A stretch of 64,000 nucleotides of DNA from an uncultured virus (IMG/VR IMGVR_UViG_3300029913_001576) (taxonomy: Duplodnaviria; Heunggongvirae; Uroviricota; Caudoviricetes). This document shows positions 51,206 to 60,886 of this stretch, piece by piece. The notes below the pieces were generated by a model, which worked only from the letters and a program-made list of their open reading frames with translations, was not told the origin of the DNA and did not search any database. The translations under genes were made by a program, and so were the position numbers. Every line of letters starts with the position of its first letter. Position 1 is the stretch's first letter. The stretch is taken from IMG/VR virus record IMGVR_UViG_3300029913_001576. One strand, given 5' to 3'.

Positions 51206-51409
51206 ACCTTTAAGTATGGGTTGTGGGTCAGGGGGAATCGCCCCTGGCCCCGCGTTAGCGCCGGCCGCGGTTCTTCAGGGCCATGCGGCGGCACGCGTTG
51301 GAAGTGCCGAACAGGCTGGGAGGATTTCCGAGCCCGTGAATGCGGGGGCTGTACGAACCAGAGAGGAACGGATTCATGGGGCAAGATGGGTGCCTCAGCT
51401 AGAGCGACC

Positions 51410-52057
51410 TCAAACTGGGACGGCCTGAGCAAACGCGGCGCTAATCTCCGCCTTCTGCTTGGCGTGCAAGCCCGGGAGTCGGCCCATGAGTTCGGCGACG
51501 CGCCACCCGGAAAGGCAGTTGCACGCCTCGCGGATGAAGTTTCGCCAGATCGAGACGGCCTCGCGCTGCTGCTCCTTGACGACGTACCCGAGATTGTTCT
51601 GCCAGTCACCCGCCTTGTCGAGGATCGGGCGCTTCATCTCCGCCTCGGAGACGGCGACGGAAACCGCGGCGGTGAGCTGGTGCCGGTGGATCGCCGCGCG
51701 GCCACGCTCCAGCAGCTCGCGCACCTTGAAGTTATGCGACTCTTGGGCGCGGTCGTCCGAGCCGGGAAGCGGTAGCGGGTCGAAGGCGTAGATGCTCACG
51801 TTAACCACGGCCCGAATGCTCTGGCGCCTGCGCTCCACGCGCGGAGTAGAGGCGAGAAAACCTCGGGCGTAGAGGTAATTGGCACCCTCAAACGCACGGT
51901 AAGCCTGCTTCTTGAGCCCCAGCGCCGCATGGCCATCACCCTGCCGAAGGGATGCGTACGCCGCGCGGAGACACTCGGCGCCCTGGGAAAAGAACGTGTC
52001 GCCCAAATCCACCATGTGGCGGGCGGTAGCCGTGGCTGTGTCAGAATTCATGGTCAT
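51410..52057 (-). CDS. hypothetical protein
   Basis: class-1 motif. Confidence 0.65.
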   Translation of the reverse strand: MTMNSDTATATARHMVDLGDTFFSQGAECLRAAYASLRQGDGHAALGLKKQAYRAFEGANYLYARGFLASTPRVERRRQSIRAVVNVSIYAFDPLPLPGSDDRAQESHNFKVRELLERGRAAIHRHQLTAAVSVAVSEAEMKRPILDKAGDWQNNLGYVVKEQQREAVSIWRNFIREACNCLSGWRVAELMGRLPGLHAKQKAEISAAFAQAVPV

Positions 52058-52308
52058 AAATCAAGATGGGAAACCGTCCTCGCGAACGACCGCGTCACCA
52101 GCCTCATCCACGTCGATCTGGATGCTTCCTCCGAAGACCGAGACTTTGCGGGCTTTGGACCGGCCAAGGGCAGCCCGAGCAATGCGGAGCCCCACCATCT
52201 TCCACTCCTTCACACTAACCTCCCGGGAGGATGAAGTAGTGACTCGGACCTGGAAGTTGAGCGTGTCGGGCATAATGGAGTGGTGTTTACGGGTTAAGAT
52301 GGCGCCGG

Positions 52309-53262
52309 TCAGACGCGCAGCGGCGAAAGCGTCGCCGGCTCACCGTTCGACGGGTCAAAGAAGAATGTCTGCTGACCTTTTAGCGAAGCTGCCGGAGTCA
52401 GCATCACCTGTTTGGGGAACTTGCCCCATTCAGCCAGCACCTCTGGGAGGTCGCATTTGCCCGTCGGCCGTAGGCGGGAATCCCATCCGATCTGCTCTGC
52501 GACGGCCATGAAGATTCCATAGTCGAGGTCGTTGGCCTTAAAGGGACGGTCGGGCTTCTGGAGCACAAGGATGCTCGTCTTGGCACTCGTTCCTGCGTGA
52601 AGGAAGGTCTCCCGGGGAAGTGAGATCACCGCTCGGAGCCAATACTGGGTCAAAAGCGCCTGGCGCTGCTTCTGGCAGCTGCTATTGGCGAGAATCCCGT
52701 CCGGAACCACCATCGCCAGCCAGCCCCCGGGCAGGAGTGCCTGCATGCCCAATTCGATAAAAAACCACGTGGCATCGCGCTGGCCAGTCGCGAACGTGAA
52801 GCCCTCATGGTAGGCCCCCCGGGGGAGGTCCACAAACGGCGGATTGCCGATGCAGTAGTCGAAAGTCTCCCTGAGGGACCCCAACTGGGTGAGCGCGTCG
52901 CCGGGGAGGATGGACGCAGAGGGGCAGAGCAACTGGGCTACCTCTGCCGTCTGGAGGTTTAGCTCCAGCCCGGTGACTCGGCAGGCTGGCGGCAAAGCCC
53001 CGATAAACGCCCCACCCCCGCAGCTGGGCTCCAGGACATCTCCTCCCTTGACCCTGAGGAAGGCGACGATGAAGTCCACGACGACCTTGGGCGTGAAGTA
53101 TTGGCCTCCATCGAAGCGGGACGGTACGAGACCCCCGGAGCCGGTAAAAGAGGCCCGCAACGTGCCCAGCTCCTCGACTGTGAGGGGTCTGGATCGCGAC
53201 AGCTGGACCAGCTTCTCGGCCGTCTCGTTGTTTTCAGAGCGCTGGTACTCTCGTTTTCCCAT
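52309..53262 (-). CDS. N6-adenine DNA methyltransferase (HsdM/N-6 DNA methylase-like), orphan
   Basis: GQYFTP, LEPSCGGG, IGNPPF, VVPDGIL, VISLP...F. Confidence 0.9.
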   Translation of the reverse strand: MGKREYQRSENNETAEKLVQLSRSRPLTVEELGTLRASFTGSGGLVPSRFDGGQYFTPKVVVDFIVAFLRVKGGDVLEPSCGGGAFIGALPPACRVTGLELNLQTAEVAQLLCPSASILPGDALTQLGSLRETFDYCIGNPPFVDLPRGAYHEGFTFATGQRDATWFFIELGMQALLPGGWLAMVVPDGILANSSCQKQRQALLTQYWLRAVISLPRETFLHAGTSAKTSILVLQKPDRPFKANDLDYGIFMAVAEQIGWDSRLRPTGKCDLPEVLAEWGKFPKQVMLTPAASLKGQQTFFFDPSNGEPATLSPLRV

Positions 53263-53326
53263 GTGCCAAGATGGGAGCGGAGCCCTGGAAGGACGTTCCC
53301 CAAGGTTGCGGGCGTTCGAGGGTCCG

Positions 53327-53388
53327 TGTCCCTATGTGTCCCAAAGGTTTCCCTCTGAGCGTGTCCCGGACTGTCCCTCAAATGTCCC
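53327..53388. repeat. phased TGTCCC hexamers
   Basis: TGTCCC at 53327, 53337, 53362, 53372, 53383; TTTCCC at 53348. Confidence 0.65.
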
Positions 53389-53639
53389 GCCATTGACCAA
53401 AAGCGCGGAAAACACCGCCGGGATGCTCTTGGGGTGGGGTCAGGGTGCCTTTTCGGGGTGTTCCGTCGCCCAAACAGGCCCGCGCGCGACGGTTTATGCC
53501 CTTCGCGCCCCGGTTTCTGGCAATCGCGCTGTTTTACAAACAGCTGGCGTCTTCAGGACTTTGTGCCCGGAAAAGCGCCGGATAACATGCCAGGGGGGCC
53601 AACTTGCGCCAGCTGGCGGGCACTTAGAACAAGAGCCTG

Positions 53640-53936
53640 CTAAATCGAAGCGGGCTCGGCAATGACCTGACCGCCAACCTTCCCTCCTTGGAGGAGCCAG
53701 AGGGCCATAGCCGGCCGCTCGATTTTCGTCTGCATGGCCCGATTCAACTCGTGTGCCGTTGCCGACTCGTCCGTCGTCTGGTTCTTCGGCCAGACCTCGT
53801 CCAAGGCCACGTAAGCCTGGAACGACGCCACGTCATGAAGATTGCCGCGCGCCTTCGCATCGGCCCATGTCTGGACGGTAAACGCAACATCGCCCAGGGC
53901 GGCGCGGGCGAGGAGGAATGCTTCTGGGGTGGTCAT
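53640..53936 (-). CDS. hypothetical protein
   Basis: class-1 motif 25 nt upstream. Confidence 0.55.
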   Translation of the reverse strand: MTTPEAFLLARAALGDVAFTVQTWADAKARGNLHDVASFQAYVALDEVWPKNQTTDESATAHELNRAMQTKIERPAMALWLLQGGKVGGQVIAEPASI

Positions 53937-53981
53937 GGAGTGGGCATGTTGAACCGCAACGCAAGATGGCTAGGCGACCCG

Positions 53982-54395
53982 CTAGACCCTCCGCCAATGC
54001 TCGGACTCTTGGACGTAGATGTACAATGCCTCAATGCGCCTTGTCATCGAGAAGGCCGCCCACTCTTTTGGAACCTCGCCAGTCTCCTTGCCGGAGTAGT
54101 ACATGCCGGCAAAACCACCGTCGGTCTCTCCGAGGTGAGTCTGCAACGCGGCGAGGGCCTGGCTGAAGTCGTCGGACAGGACTGAGCGAAGAATTACCGC
54201 TCCAACCGGGTCTGGCCTCTTGCGCACCACGGCAGCATCACCCTCGGTCGGTGTCTCGTAGGCGAACATTGACGGACGGATACGAACGCCATCTGCGACT
54301 TTGACCCACGGCCCGCTCTCATTGACCGGGCAATCGCCCGAAAAGATGAACGTGGCCCCGGCGGGGAGGGAAGAGAACGTGCGGATCTTCGGCAT
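53982..54395 (-). CDS. hypothetical protein
   Basis: class-1 motif. Confidence 0.65.
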   Translation of the reverse strand: MPKIRTFSSLPAGATFIFSGDCPVNESGPWVKVADGVRIRPSMFAYETPTEGDAAVVRKRPDPVGAVILRSVLSDDFSQALAALQTHLGETDGGFAGMYYSGKETGEVPKEWAAFSMTRRIEALYIYVQESEHWRRV

Positions 54396-54398
54396 GAG

Positions 54399-54728
54399 TT
54401 AAGATGGGTTGGGGTTTGCGCCCGGAGGAAGCGGGTGAAGCTTGTCCACGGCCCGCATCGCAGCCAATGCCGACTTGAATCGCCTTGGGGCCGAAAGCCG
54501 GAAGGTGCGACCCCCTGGGCCGGTTCGCGTGCAGCCGACCTCGTGGGAAAGGCAACGCTCGCTCGGGTCAGGCTCCCAAGCCGTCCACATTCTCGCCCGT
54601 GGATTTGCAGGGTTTGGGTGTGGAGAGTTGGCGTCCCACTTGACCGCAGCTCCGTCAGACCGGCGCCATTGCAAGTCAACCACAACACAGGTCCATCCCG
54701 CCGGGCCGACTGGCGCTGTTGGGGGCAC
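54399..54728 (-). CDS. hypothetical protein
   Basis: stop lies inside the motif. Confidence 0.55.
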   Translation of the reverse strand: MPPTAPVGPAGWTCVVVDLQWRRSDGAAVKWDANSPHPNPANPRARMWTAWEPDPSERCLSHEVGCTRTGPGGRTFRLSAPRRFKSALAAMRAVDKLHPLPPGANPNPS

Positions 54729-54739
54729 GGAGTAACGGC

Positions 54740-55423
54740 TCAGTCGCCGTTCGGGTCAGCGATGCCAAATTTCAGGCACCCTGCGTCAAATTTCTGGGTG
54801 CGGCCAAAAGCCCAGACGGCGAACTCCGGGCTGCGGTTCGGCCGCCGCTTTGTGAACGAGTCGATCACCTTCTTTGCCCCTGCAAAATCGTAGAGCGGTT
54901 CATCACTACAGGGGTAGGACAGCAGCTTGGTGGAGCCGGCTGCCTTCCCGGGGCACGGAACGACCACCTTGAATGTGTGCCCGTCGCTCGCTTCCTTGTG
55001 GTTGAACCCCGTGTTCGGGCAGATTGCCCGGAGGTTGCACTGCGCACACACGGCGGGCTCGCAGGTGAGTCCAACCGCCGGCTCGCGGGTCCAGCGATAG
55101 ATCAGCGCGCACAGAACGGGACGCGGGTCGGCCTGGGCCTGGACCCAAGCGGCGAAATCGGGCTCGTTGACAAACTTGTGCGCAAGGCGGGTTGCGAAGC
55201 TATCGGTCAACGCGCGATACTCCTCTTCAGTCGTGAACACGACGCGACAACGCCCGAGAGCGGACTCGACGAACCACTCGGGAACTATCCCGGTGGCGGC
55301 TTCCATGGCGCGTCCGTCCGCTGTGGTCGCAGCGAGTTCTACGGACGGAGTTTCGCGGGCCTCAAGCTCCGGGAACATCCCCAGTTGCTCCATGCCGGAG
55401 CTGCGTTCCAGTGTCGGTGTCAT
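54740..55423 (-). CDS. Cys-rich hypothetical protein
   Basis: class-1 motif; CAQC...CP. Confidence 0.65.
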   Translation of the reverse strand: MTPTLERSSGMEQLGMFPELEARETPSVELAATTADGRAMEAATGIVPEWFVESALGRCRVVFTTEEEYRALTDSFATRLAHKFVNEPDFAAWVQAQADPRPVLCALIYRWTREPAVGLTCEPAVCAQCNLRAICPNTGFNHKEASDGHTFKVVVPCPGKAAGSTKLLSYPCSDEPLYDFAGAKKVIDSFTKRRPNRSPEFAVWAFGRTQKFDAGCLKFGIADPNGD

Positions 55424-55450
55424 AGGTGAAGATGGGGCAGGTTTCCGTGC

Positions 55451-56386
55451 TCAGATCGCCAGCTCCAGCTGCGGCAAAAGCTCACAGGTGCCGTTCGCGT
55501 TAATCCGCATGGACTGGAGCGGATCAACCTGCTTCGGGTAGCGGTCGATCCCCAGGCTGTGCGAGCGCAACACGGGGAGCGATAGGACGGCTTTCTTCTC
55601 CCGTCGGTCGGCCGCCAGGGGAAAAACGAAAAGGTAATTTCCTGCATGGCGCTCTACGCGGAGTGTCGCGAGTGCGCGTTCAACGTACGCGCTCGGCTCC
55701 TCAAGCTCCTCGCGGACGCATCCAGTTGCCTCGGTGAGCATCCGTTCGGCGTAGGCGCGGCCTTCCTCGCCGTTCCTGAGCTTGCTCAGAATTCGGTTCG
55801 CGATAGCCTTGCCGTCGGGCGTGAGGTACAGGGTCTTCGGGCTGGCGCGGCCGCAGAAGAGCGCGTTGCTGGCGGAGTAGACGCCTCCGATATGGCCCGG
55901 AAAAACGATCTTGCCGGCTGCGTTCCGGCGAGGGTGCGGGTCGCTGTAGGACAGGACGACGCGGATTCCGGGGCGTTGGGCCTTGAACAGCCGAAGCGCC
56001 CTGGCGAGAAACCACGTCTCGGCGTTCCCCTCAACCTCATCAAGGAGGACAAACCGCCCAAGTTCGGCGCCCTCTTCAGTGCCGAGCCCGGACCAGCGGG
56101 TGATCGAGTTCGGGTTACTCGGGGTCGAGAAGCTGGCCACGCCAACAAGTCTCGACGCGAGAAAATCCCCGTCCTTACGGAACAGGCCGACGCTGTTCAT
56201 CTCGTACGGGAACGATCCCGAGTAATGATGCTGGATCACGAACGCCTTGGCCTCGGTCTTGCCGATCACCTCAACTCCATGGATCGACGGGTCCATCGGT
56301 TCCTGCGCCGGGCGAAAGAGAGAAGCCCGTGCGCGCCACCTCTGCGCGCTCGTGGCGAGAGCTTGTTGGTTGGTGAGGTCGAGCAT
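55451..56386 (-). CDS. Mom-family adenine-modification (GNAT-fold) protein
   Basis: QHHYS, ELGRFVLLD, NAETWFLARAL, VLSYSDP, GHIGGVYSASN. Confidence 0.85.
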   Translation of the reverse strand: MLDLTNQQALATSAQRWRARASLFRPAQEPMDPSIHGVEVIGKTEAKAFVIQHHYSGSFPYEMNSVGLFRKDGDFLASRLVGVASFSTPSNPNSITRWSGLGTEEGAELGRFVLLDEVEGNAETWFLARALRLFKAQRPGIRVVLSYSDPHPRRNAAGKIVFPGHIGGVYSASNALFCGRASPKTLYLTPDGKAIANRILSKLRNGEEGRAYAERMLTEATGCVREELEEPSAYVERALATLRVERHAGNYLFVFPLAADRREKKAVLSLPVLRSHSLGIDRYPKQVDPLQSMRINANGTCELLPQLELAI

Positions 56387-56389
56387 GCC

Positions 56390-57115
56390 TTAAGATGGGC
56401 AGCCCGGGAGCGTGTCCCACGGACGGTGCAAGCGCGGTCGCGTATCGAACTGCCCCGTCCAGCCCTCGGACATCCACGTTCCCTTCATGCCGGCCCGGAG
56501 ATGGTTGGCCTTCGCCGTAACGACGGGGTAAGCGGCGATGTCGCCCGCGAGCCTTTCCATTGTAGGAAGGGCGTCGTAGGCGAGGTGGAAGACATGTGAG
56601 CGCGAGCCGGGCTCGAACTCTGTGTCGCCGGTCGTGGCGTCGAAATTGGTCGGGCCGGTCGTGCAATAGACCGACACGAGGAGCATCGTGCCGTAGGCGT
56701 CGCGCTTAATGCCGACCCCCTCGGTCTTGCCACGCCCCTTGCTTTGAAGGATTCCCATATCCTCGTCGTGCCCCATGCCTCGCGCGAGGATCGGCGCGTA
56801 ATAACGGTCCACTACGTCGAGGGCCTCCTCCATGGCGTCGGACTGGATCTCTTCGGCCTTGGTGGACGGGCGCCACCCCTGGAACCAGCGGAACGCCCAA
56901 CCGCGCTTGCCGAACCGCTCGCGCTCGAACGCGGCGATGCGACTTGCGGACGTACGCATGCCCTCCATGAAGGCGCTGGCTAGTTCGTCGCGGTCGGCCT
57001 GGGTGAAGTAGACGGTCTCGGACGCACAGGGAAGGATTCCCGTGGCGCGCGTGGCCGCGATGACGCTCGCTGCGTCACTTGTCGGGAGTTCAAGCTGATT
57101 GGCGATGCAGCACAT
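56390..57115 (-). CDS. hypothetical protein
   Basis: class-1 motif; stop inside the next motif. Confidence 0.65.
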   Translation of the reverse strand: MCCIANQLELPTSDAASVIAATRATGILPCASETVYFTQADRDELASAFMEGMRTSASRIAAFERERFGKRGWAFRWFQGWRPSTKAEEIQSDAMEEALDVVDRYYAPILARGMGHDEDMGILQSKGRGKTEGVGIKRDAYGTMLLVSVYCTTGPTNFDATTGDTEFEPGSRSHVFHLAYDALPTMERLAGDIAAYPVVTAKANHLRAGMKGTWMSEGWTGQFDTRPRLHRPWDTLPGCPS

Positions 57116-57148
57116 GGCTCAAGATGGTCGAGCTTTGCACTCCTGGAA

Positions 57149-57454
57149 CTAGGCCGCCGCCAGCTCCTGGACCGGGTTATCCACGGCGAAACAGCCGGCG
57201 ACGATCTGGGTGAGCACCCAGCCCGTGCCGCTGCGATTGTCCGGGTTCTGGAACTTGAAGGCGCGGTCCGCTGCGTCAGTCACGATCACGGCAATCCCGT
57301 GGTCGGAATCCGTGAGCATTTTCCAACCCGTGAGCTTGTTGCGGGTGTCGCGGACGGGTGTTGCCCGCTCTGCCATGATCTGAAGCTCCAGCGTGACAGG
57401 AATCTCAACCGGGGCGGGATGCTCAAGGGACGGGGACGTGTGCGAGGCGTTCAT
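57149..57454 (-). CDS. hypothetical protein
   Basis: class-1 motif. Confidence 0.65.
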   Translation of the reverse strand: MNASHTSPSLEHPAPVEIPVTLELQIMAERATPVRDTRNKLTGWKMLTDSDHGIAVIVTDAADRAFKFQNPDNRSGTGWVLTQIVAGCFAVDNPVQELAAA

Positions 57455-57824
57455 GCCTCAAGATGGCAGAGCGAAAATGCGCCACCCACCCTACCAGCAC
57501 ACCTCGATCAAAAGGTCCCCCCAAACGGAAGCCGCCCCGCCAGCTTCGTTTAGGAGGGCTCCCAACTCCCACCCCCCCCAGACCAGATACCCACGCTCAC
57601 GGACATCAGCCAGATGCGTTGCGTGATTCGGCTAGATCCAACTCAACTCGGGCTGAATCTCGAAGATGTGCGTGCAGTCGTTCCCCAGTACCGATCCTCT
57701 GCACTGAGGTCTCCAACTATGGAGTCGTACTAGGGTTTGCCGAGGAACTCACCCACGACCCGTTGGACGGTTTTGTAGTCGATGGCGTTGACGGAGCGGG
57801 CCTCGCTAGGCCCGGTTAGCGGAC

Positions 57825-58139
57825 CTATTCGATCTCGACCGCGGTGTTGACGTAATCGAGGACCTCCAAGCCAGCGGCCTTCATATCGTGCCCCGTGGAG
57901 ACATCGGTGTAGGTCGATCCCTTGCCGCCGTGGTCCTTCTCGAACGCCAGAACCGGCTTGTAGATATTGCCTGCCTCGTCCTGAAGCCCGCAAACGATCC
58001 CCGAGGGGGCAACATAGGGCTTTAGACCCGTGGCGAGCACAGAGACTTCGAGACTAACGGTGATCGAGATTCGATTGGAGTTGGGCATTGTACCGGAGAG
58101 ATTCGGGGTTGACGGAAAAGGGATAGGTTCGTTGTTCAC
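57825..58139 (-). CDS. hypothetical protein
   Basis: GTG start fixed by motif. Confidence 0.6.
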   Translation of the reverse strand: MNNEPIPFPSTPNLSGTMPNSNRISITVSLEVSVLATGLKPYVAPSGIVCGLQDEAGNIYKPVLAFEKDHGGKGSTYTDVSTGHDMKAAGLEVLDYVNTAVEIE

Positions 58140-58158
58140 GGGGCAAGATGGCGAACGG

Positions 58159-58602
58159 TTACGCTGCCGCCTGGTCCGCGAGGCGGAAGCGCAAGACCGC
58201 GTCTGACTCGACCCTGATGTGCTTCGGCGGAACGACGGAGCTGTAGGCGCACTGCCCGCAAATGCGCAGGCTCTCGCGCCATGAGTATTGGTACCATGGG
58301 CGACCGCGCTCCAAGCGCTCACTCCCGAGGGCGTCTGGAAAGTCGCAATCATCCGGGCCTAGATCGCAGGACCAGAGGCTGCGGACTTCGACGGACAGGA
58401 GGACGGGCTTGCTGATCCGGTCGCCGTGGTGCCCGGCGTAGCCGATGGCCGTGTGCTTGTCGGATGCGAAATAGACCAACTCCGATGCACCCTCTGTCTT
58501 CCTGGGATCGAGGCCGTCCCTCAGGATCGAGGGCAAACGGGATTCGTCTGTCAGATGATAGAGGATCGTTACAGGCTTACGCCTGGGGCGGGTCGTCGGC
58601 AT
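58159..58602 (-). CDS. ART-fold protein (Tpt1/KptA- or DarT-like N-terminus)
   Basis: LYHLT...LPSILRDGL.P...VYFAS...VLLSV. Confidence 0.7.
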   Translation of the reverse strand: MPTTRPRRKPVTILYHLTDESRLPSILRDGLDPRKTEGASELVYFASDKHTAIGYAGHHGDRISKPVLLSVEVRSLWSCDLGPDDCDFPDALGSERLERGRPWYQYSWRESLRICGQCAYSSVVPPKHIRVESDAVLRFRLADQAAA

Positions 58603-58622
58603 GACGGTGGAGTCCTCGGGCC

Positions 58623-59300
58623 TTAGGCTGCAACCGCTGTGGGTTCGACGGCGAAAGTTCCGCCCGGCACGACCAAGGGCATCAGCCACGTGTAGAGTGC
58701 GAGCCTCCCGAGGAGAGATTGGCGGGCCTTGTCCATCTCTGCCTGCGTGGAGCCACCTCGGACAACGAGCATGGCGGAATCGCGGTCGTGCGCAGCGAGG
58801 CTCTCGTGCGTACTGGCAATGCACCCCTCCACGTCGGAAATGGATGTGAACGCCTTCCACCCCGTGAGAAGCGTCGAAAGCGCTTCAGCGGTGATCCCCT
58901 CGGGAATCGTGACGAAAAGGTCAGGGTGGTACCTGCGAACCTTCTGCGGAATATCACGCCCTGCCTTCAGGGCATCCTCGACGATCTGGCGGTGCGTGAG
59001 CCACACCCGCGCCGCAAGCTCCTCCGAAATCAGATAGAAGTCTCCCGGGAACGACTTCGCCAGCGCCTCGGCCGCCATGTACTCCGGGCCAATACCCACC
59101 GTGGCCTTGCGTTTGGTCGGCGTCATCCGTCCGACACGAATCACCTGGCGCTGCACCCGGCTCAGGTAGCCGCCACCTTCCGCCCGGTAGAAGTAGAGAT
59201 TACCGGGAACCAGATCCTCAAACTTCTCGGCCCTGGCAGCCATGAGGAGCACCTCAAGGGCTTGGCCGTATTCGATGGGGGTCAGGGCGTAGGGGATCAT
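58623..59300 (-). CDS. hypothetical protein
   Basis: 225 aa; start overlaps upstream stop. Confidence 0.65.
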   Translation of the reverse strand: MIPYALTPIEYGQALEVLLMAARAEKFEDLVPGNLYFYRAEGGGYLSRVQRQVIRVGRMTPTKRKATVGIGPEYMAAEALAKSFPGDFYLISEELAARVWLTHRQIVEDALKAGRDIPQKVRRYHPDLFVTIPEGITAEALSTLLTGWKAFTSISDVEGCIASTHESLAAHDRDSAMLVVRGGSTQAEMDKARQSLLGRLALYTWLMPLVVPGGTFAVEPTAVAA

Positions 59301-59563
59301 TGCGGGATGTCGATTGCAGGGCGATAGCTCCCTGCAAGATGGCGGACGTAGGCGGCGTATTCGCGATCCTTGGGCTGCCAGTAGTCCGCGTGGTTATTGA
59401 GCCACCTTTGCATGGCCTCGCTGAGCACAAGGTCGCTGCGGACCTGTGCCAAGCGGGACTCCCACTCAGGCTTCAGCCTGGCGTCAATCGAGCCGATCTC
59501 TCGCACGGCGCTCTCAAGAATGTCGAGGAGCCGGAGGCGATGAACTTGTGCGGGCTCGCTCAC
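59297..59563 (-). CDS. hypothetical protein
   Basis: start/stop overlaps on both sides. Confidence 0.55.
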   Translation of the reverse strand: MSEPAQVHRLRLLDILESAVREIGSIDARLKPEWESRLAQVRSDLVLSEAMQRWLNNHADYWQPKDREYAAYVRHLAGSYRPAIDIPQ

Positions 59564-59865
59564 GGAGATACCGGGGTTGCCAGGGGCGGAAGGCTCGTTG
59601 CCTCACTGAATTCCTTGATCGACAGTCCTTCAATCGTAACTAGGTCGAGGACGTTGATCCGATAGGTCCAGGGACTGTTCCGGCTCCACTGCTCGCAGTG
59701 GACATTGAGCTGGTGGTCTTGGCCTTCATCAGGCTCGAACCGGATCGCCCCACCCCGGCGGCAAATTACGCGCCCGGAGGTATCCGGCCAGCGGTCTCCG
59801 CCGGCTCGCCTCGGGTACGGATTCACCGTCACCACCATGCCCGCCTTTATGTCCTTAGGCTTCAT
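59560..59865 (-). CDS. hypothetical protein
   Basis: MKPKDIKAG... Confidence 0.55.
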   Translation of the reverse strand: MKPKDIKAGMVVTVNPYPRRAGGDRWPDTSGRVICRRGGAIRFEPDEGQDHQLNVHCEQWSRNSPWTYRINVLDLVTIEGLSIKEFSEATSLPPLATPVSP

Positions 59866-60157
59866 GTTCGACGATGGTTTCCTCCCCGACGTATTCGCGT
59901 TCCAGAAAGTTAGGAAAGCGTTTCGAGATAGGGCGCATCTCGAACTCCACAATCTTCGCGTAGTGCCATTCAGCCGTCTTCGCTATCTCTTTCGCGAATT
60001 CGGTGGCCAGGTCCAGCGTGTCAAAGTCGCGATGACCATAGGAGGCTCCGTCCATGTCGGCATCCGAGGAGCCGTCGGCGTTGTTGATGATCGGGATGTT
60101 CTTGCACCACTCGACCTCAAAGCCATGCAAGCGCTTGCACTTTGAGCGGGGAATCAT
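59855..60157 (-). CDS. hypothetical protein
   Basis: start re-called by motif. Confidence 0.6.
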   Translation of the reverse strand: MIPRSKCKRLHGFEVEWCKNIPIINNADGSSDADMDGASYGHRDFDTLDLATEFAKEIAKTAEWHYAKIVEFEMRPISKRFPNFLEREYVGEETIVEHEA

Positions 60158-60886
60158 GCCCCAAGATGGTTCGCTTCCTGCCAACGCTTTCCCGCGGTCT
60201 CCGCCTCGCCAGCGGTGTTGAACTTGTGGCGCCCCTGGAACGTGATTGTGGACCCATCCTCGGAGTGGACATAGAAGTGGTTTCCGTCCGGCCACCTGGT
60301 GACCGTGAACTTGCGGTTGGTGAGGTCGGAGTCGGGAACCCACCTCCAACCGGCAAGCATGGCCCGCAGGACAACCCCGTAGGCTACGTCGCGGAGCACA
60401 CCGTCCCGGAAGAATCGGGGGCACCCAGCACCCATCCCGTAGAACCTCCACTTTGCGCCGGCGGGAGAAACAAGAGTGCCGTGCCCAAAGTAGTCCGGCC
60501 GCCCGGCAGTCTTGCTGGCGGCCCACCGGCTCCAGACGCGGTTGTAGGCGTGGTAGCCACAGTCGAACCGTGCAAGGATCGTGGTGGTAGCGCAGGGCAC
60601 GGGATTACCCCCTCCCCCAGGGGAGGGGTGATAAAGCGACGGGAAGGGATAAAGCGAAGGCAGCCTTTTGGGCTTTGTCTGCCCCTCCATTGCCCCACAT
60701 GGCCGTTTCTAGGGCACAGGCGGCCTTAATTCGGCCGAGACAGCCCTCCGCTACCTTGCGGGAAGGGGAAACAACGTAGCGGACCCTGGAAAAGCCGAGG
60801 ATGTCGCCTGCCCGGCCGGTCCCGTTTGGGGTGAAGTCGCCCAGGGGAGGCCCCTGGCGATTGACGGAAATGAAGGTCATGGGCGC

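Noticed and set aside
933..52826. GGCCCCCCGGGGG palindromes (~933, 25460, 27604, 52813)
   Set aside because: Low complexity, mostly within coding sequence (Pro/Gly/Arg codons) in GC-rich DNA.
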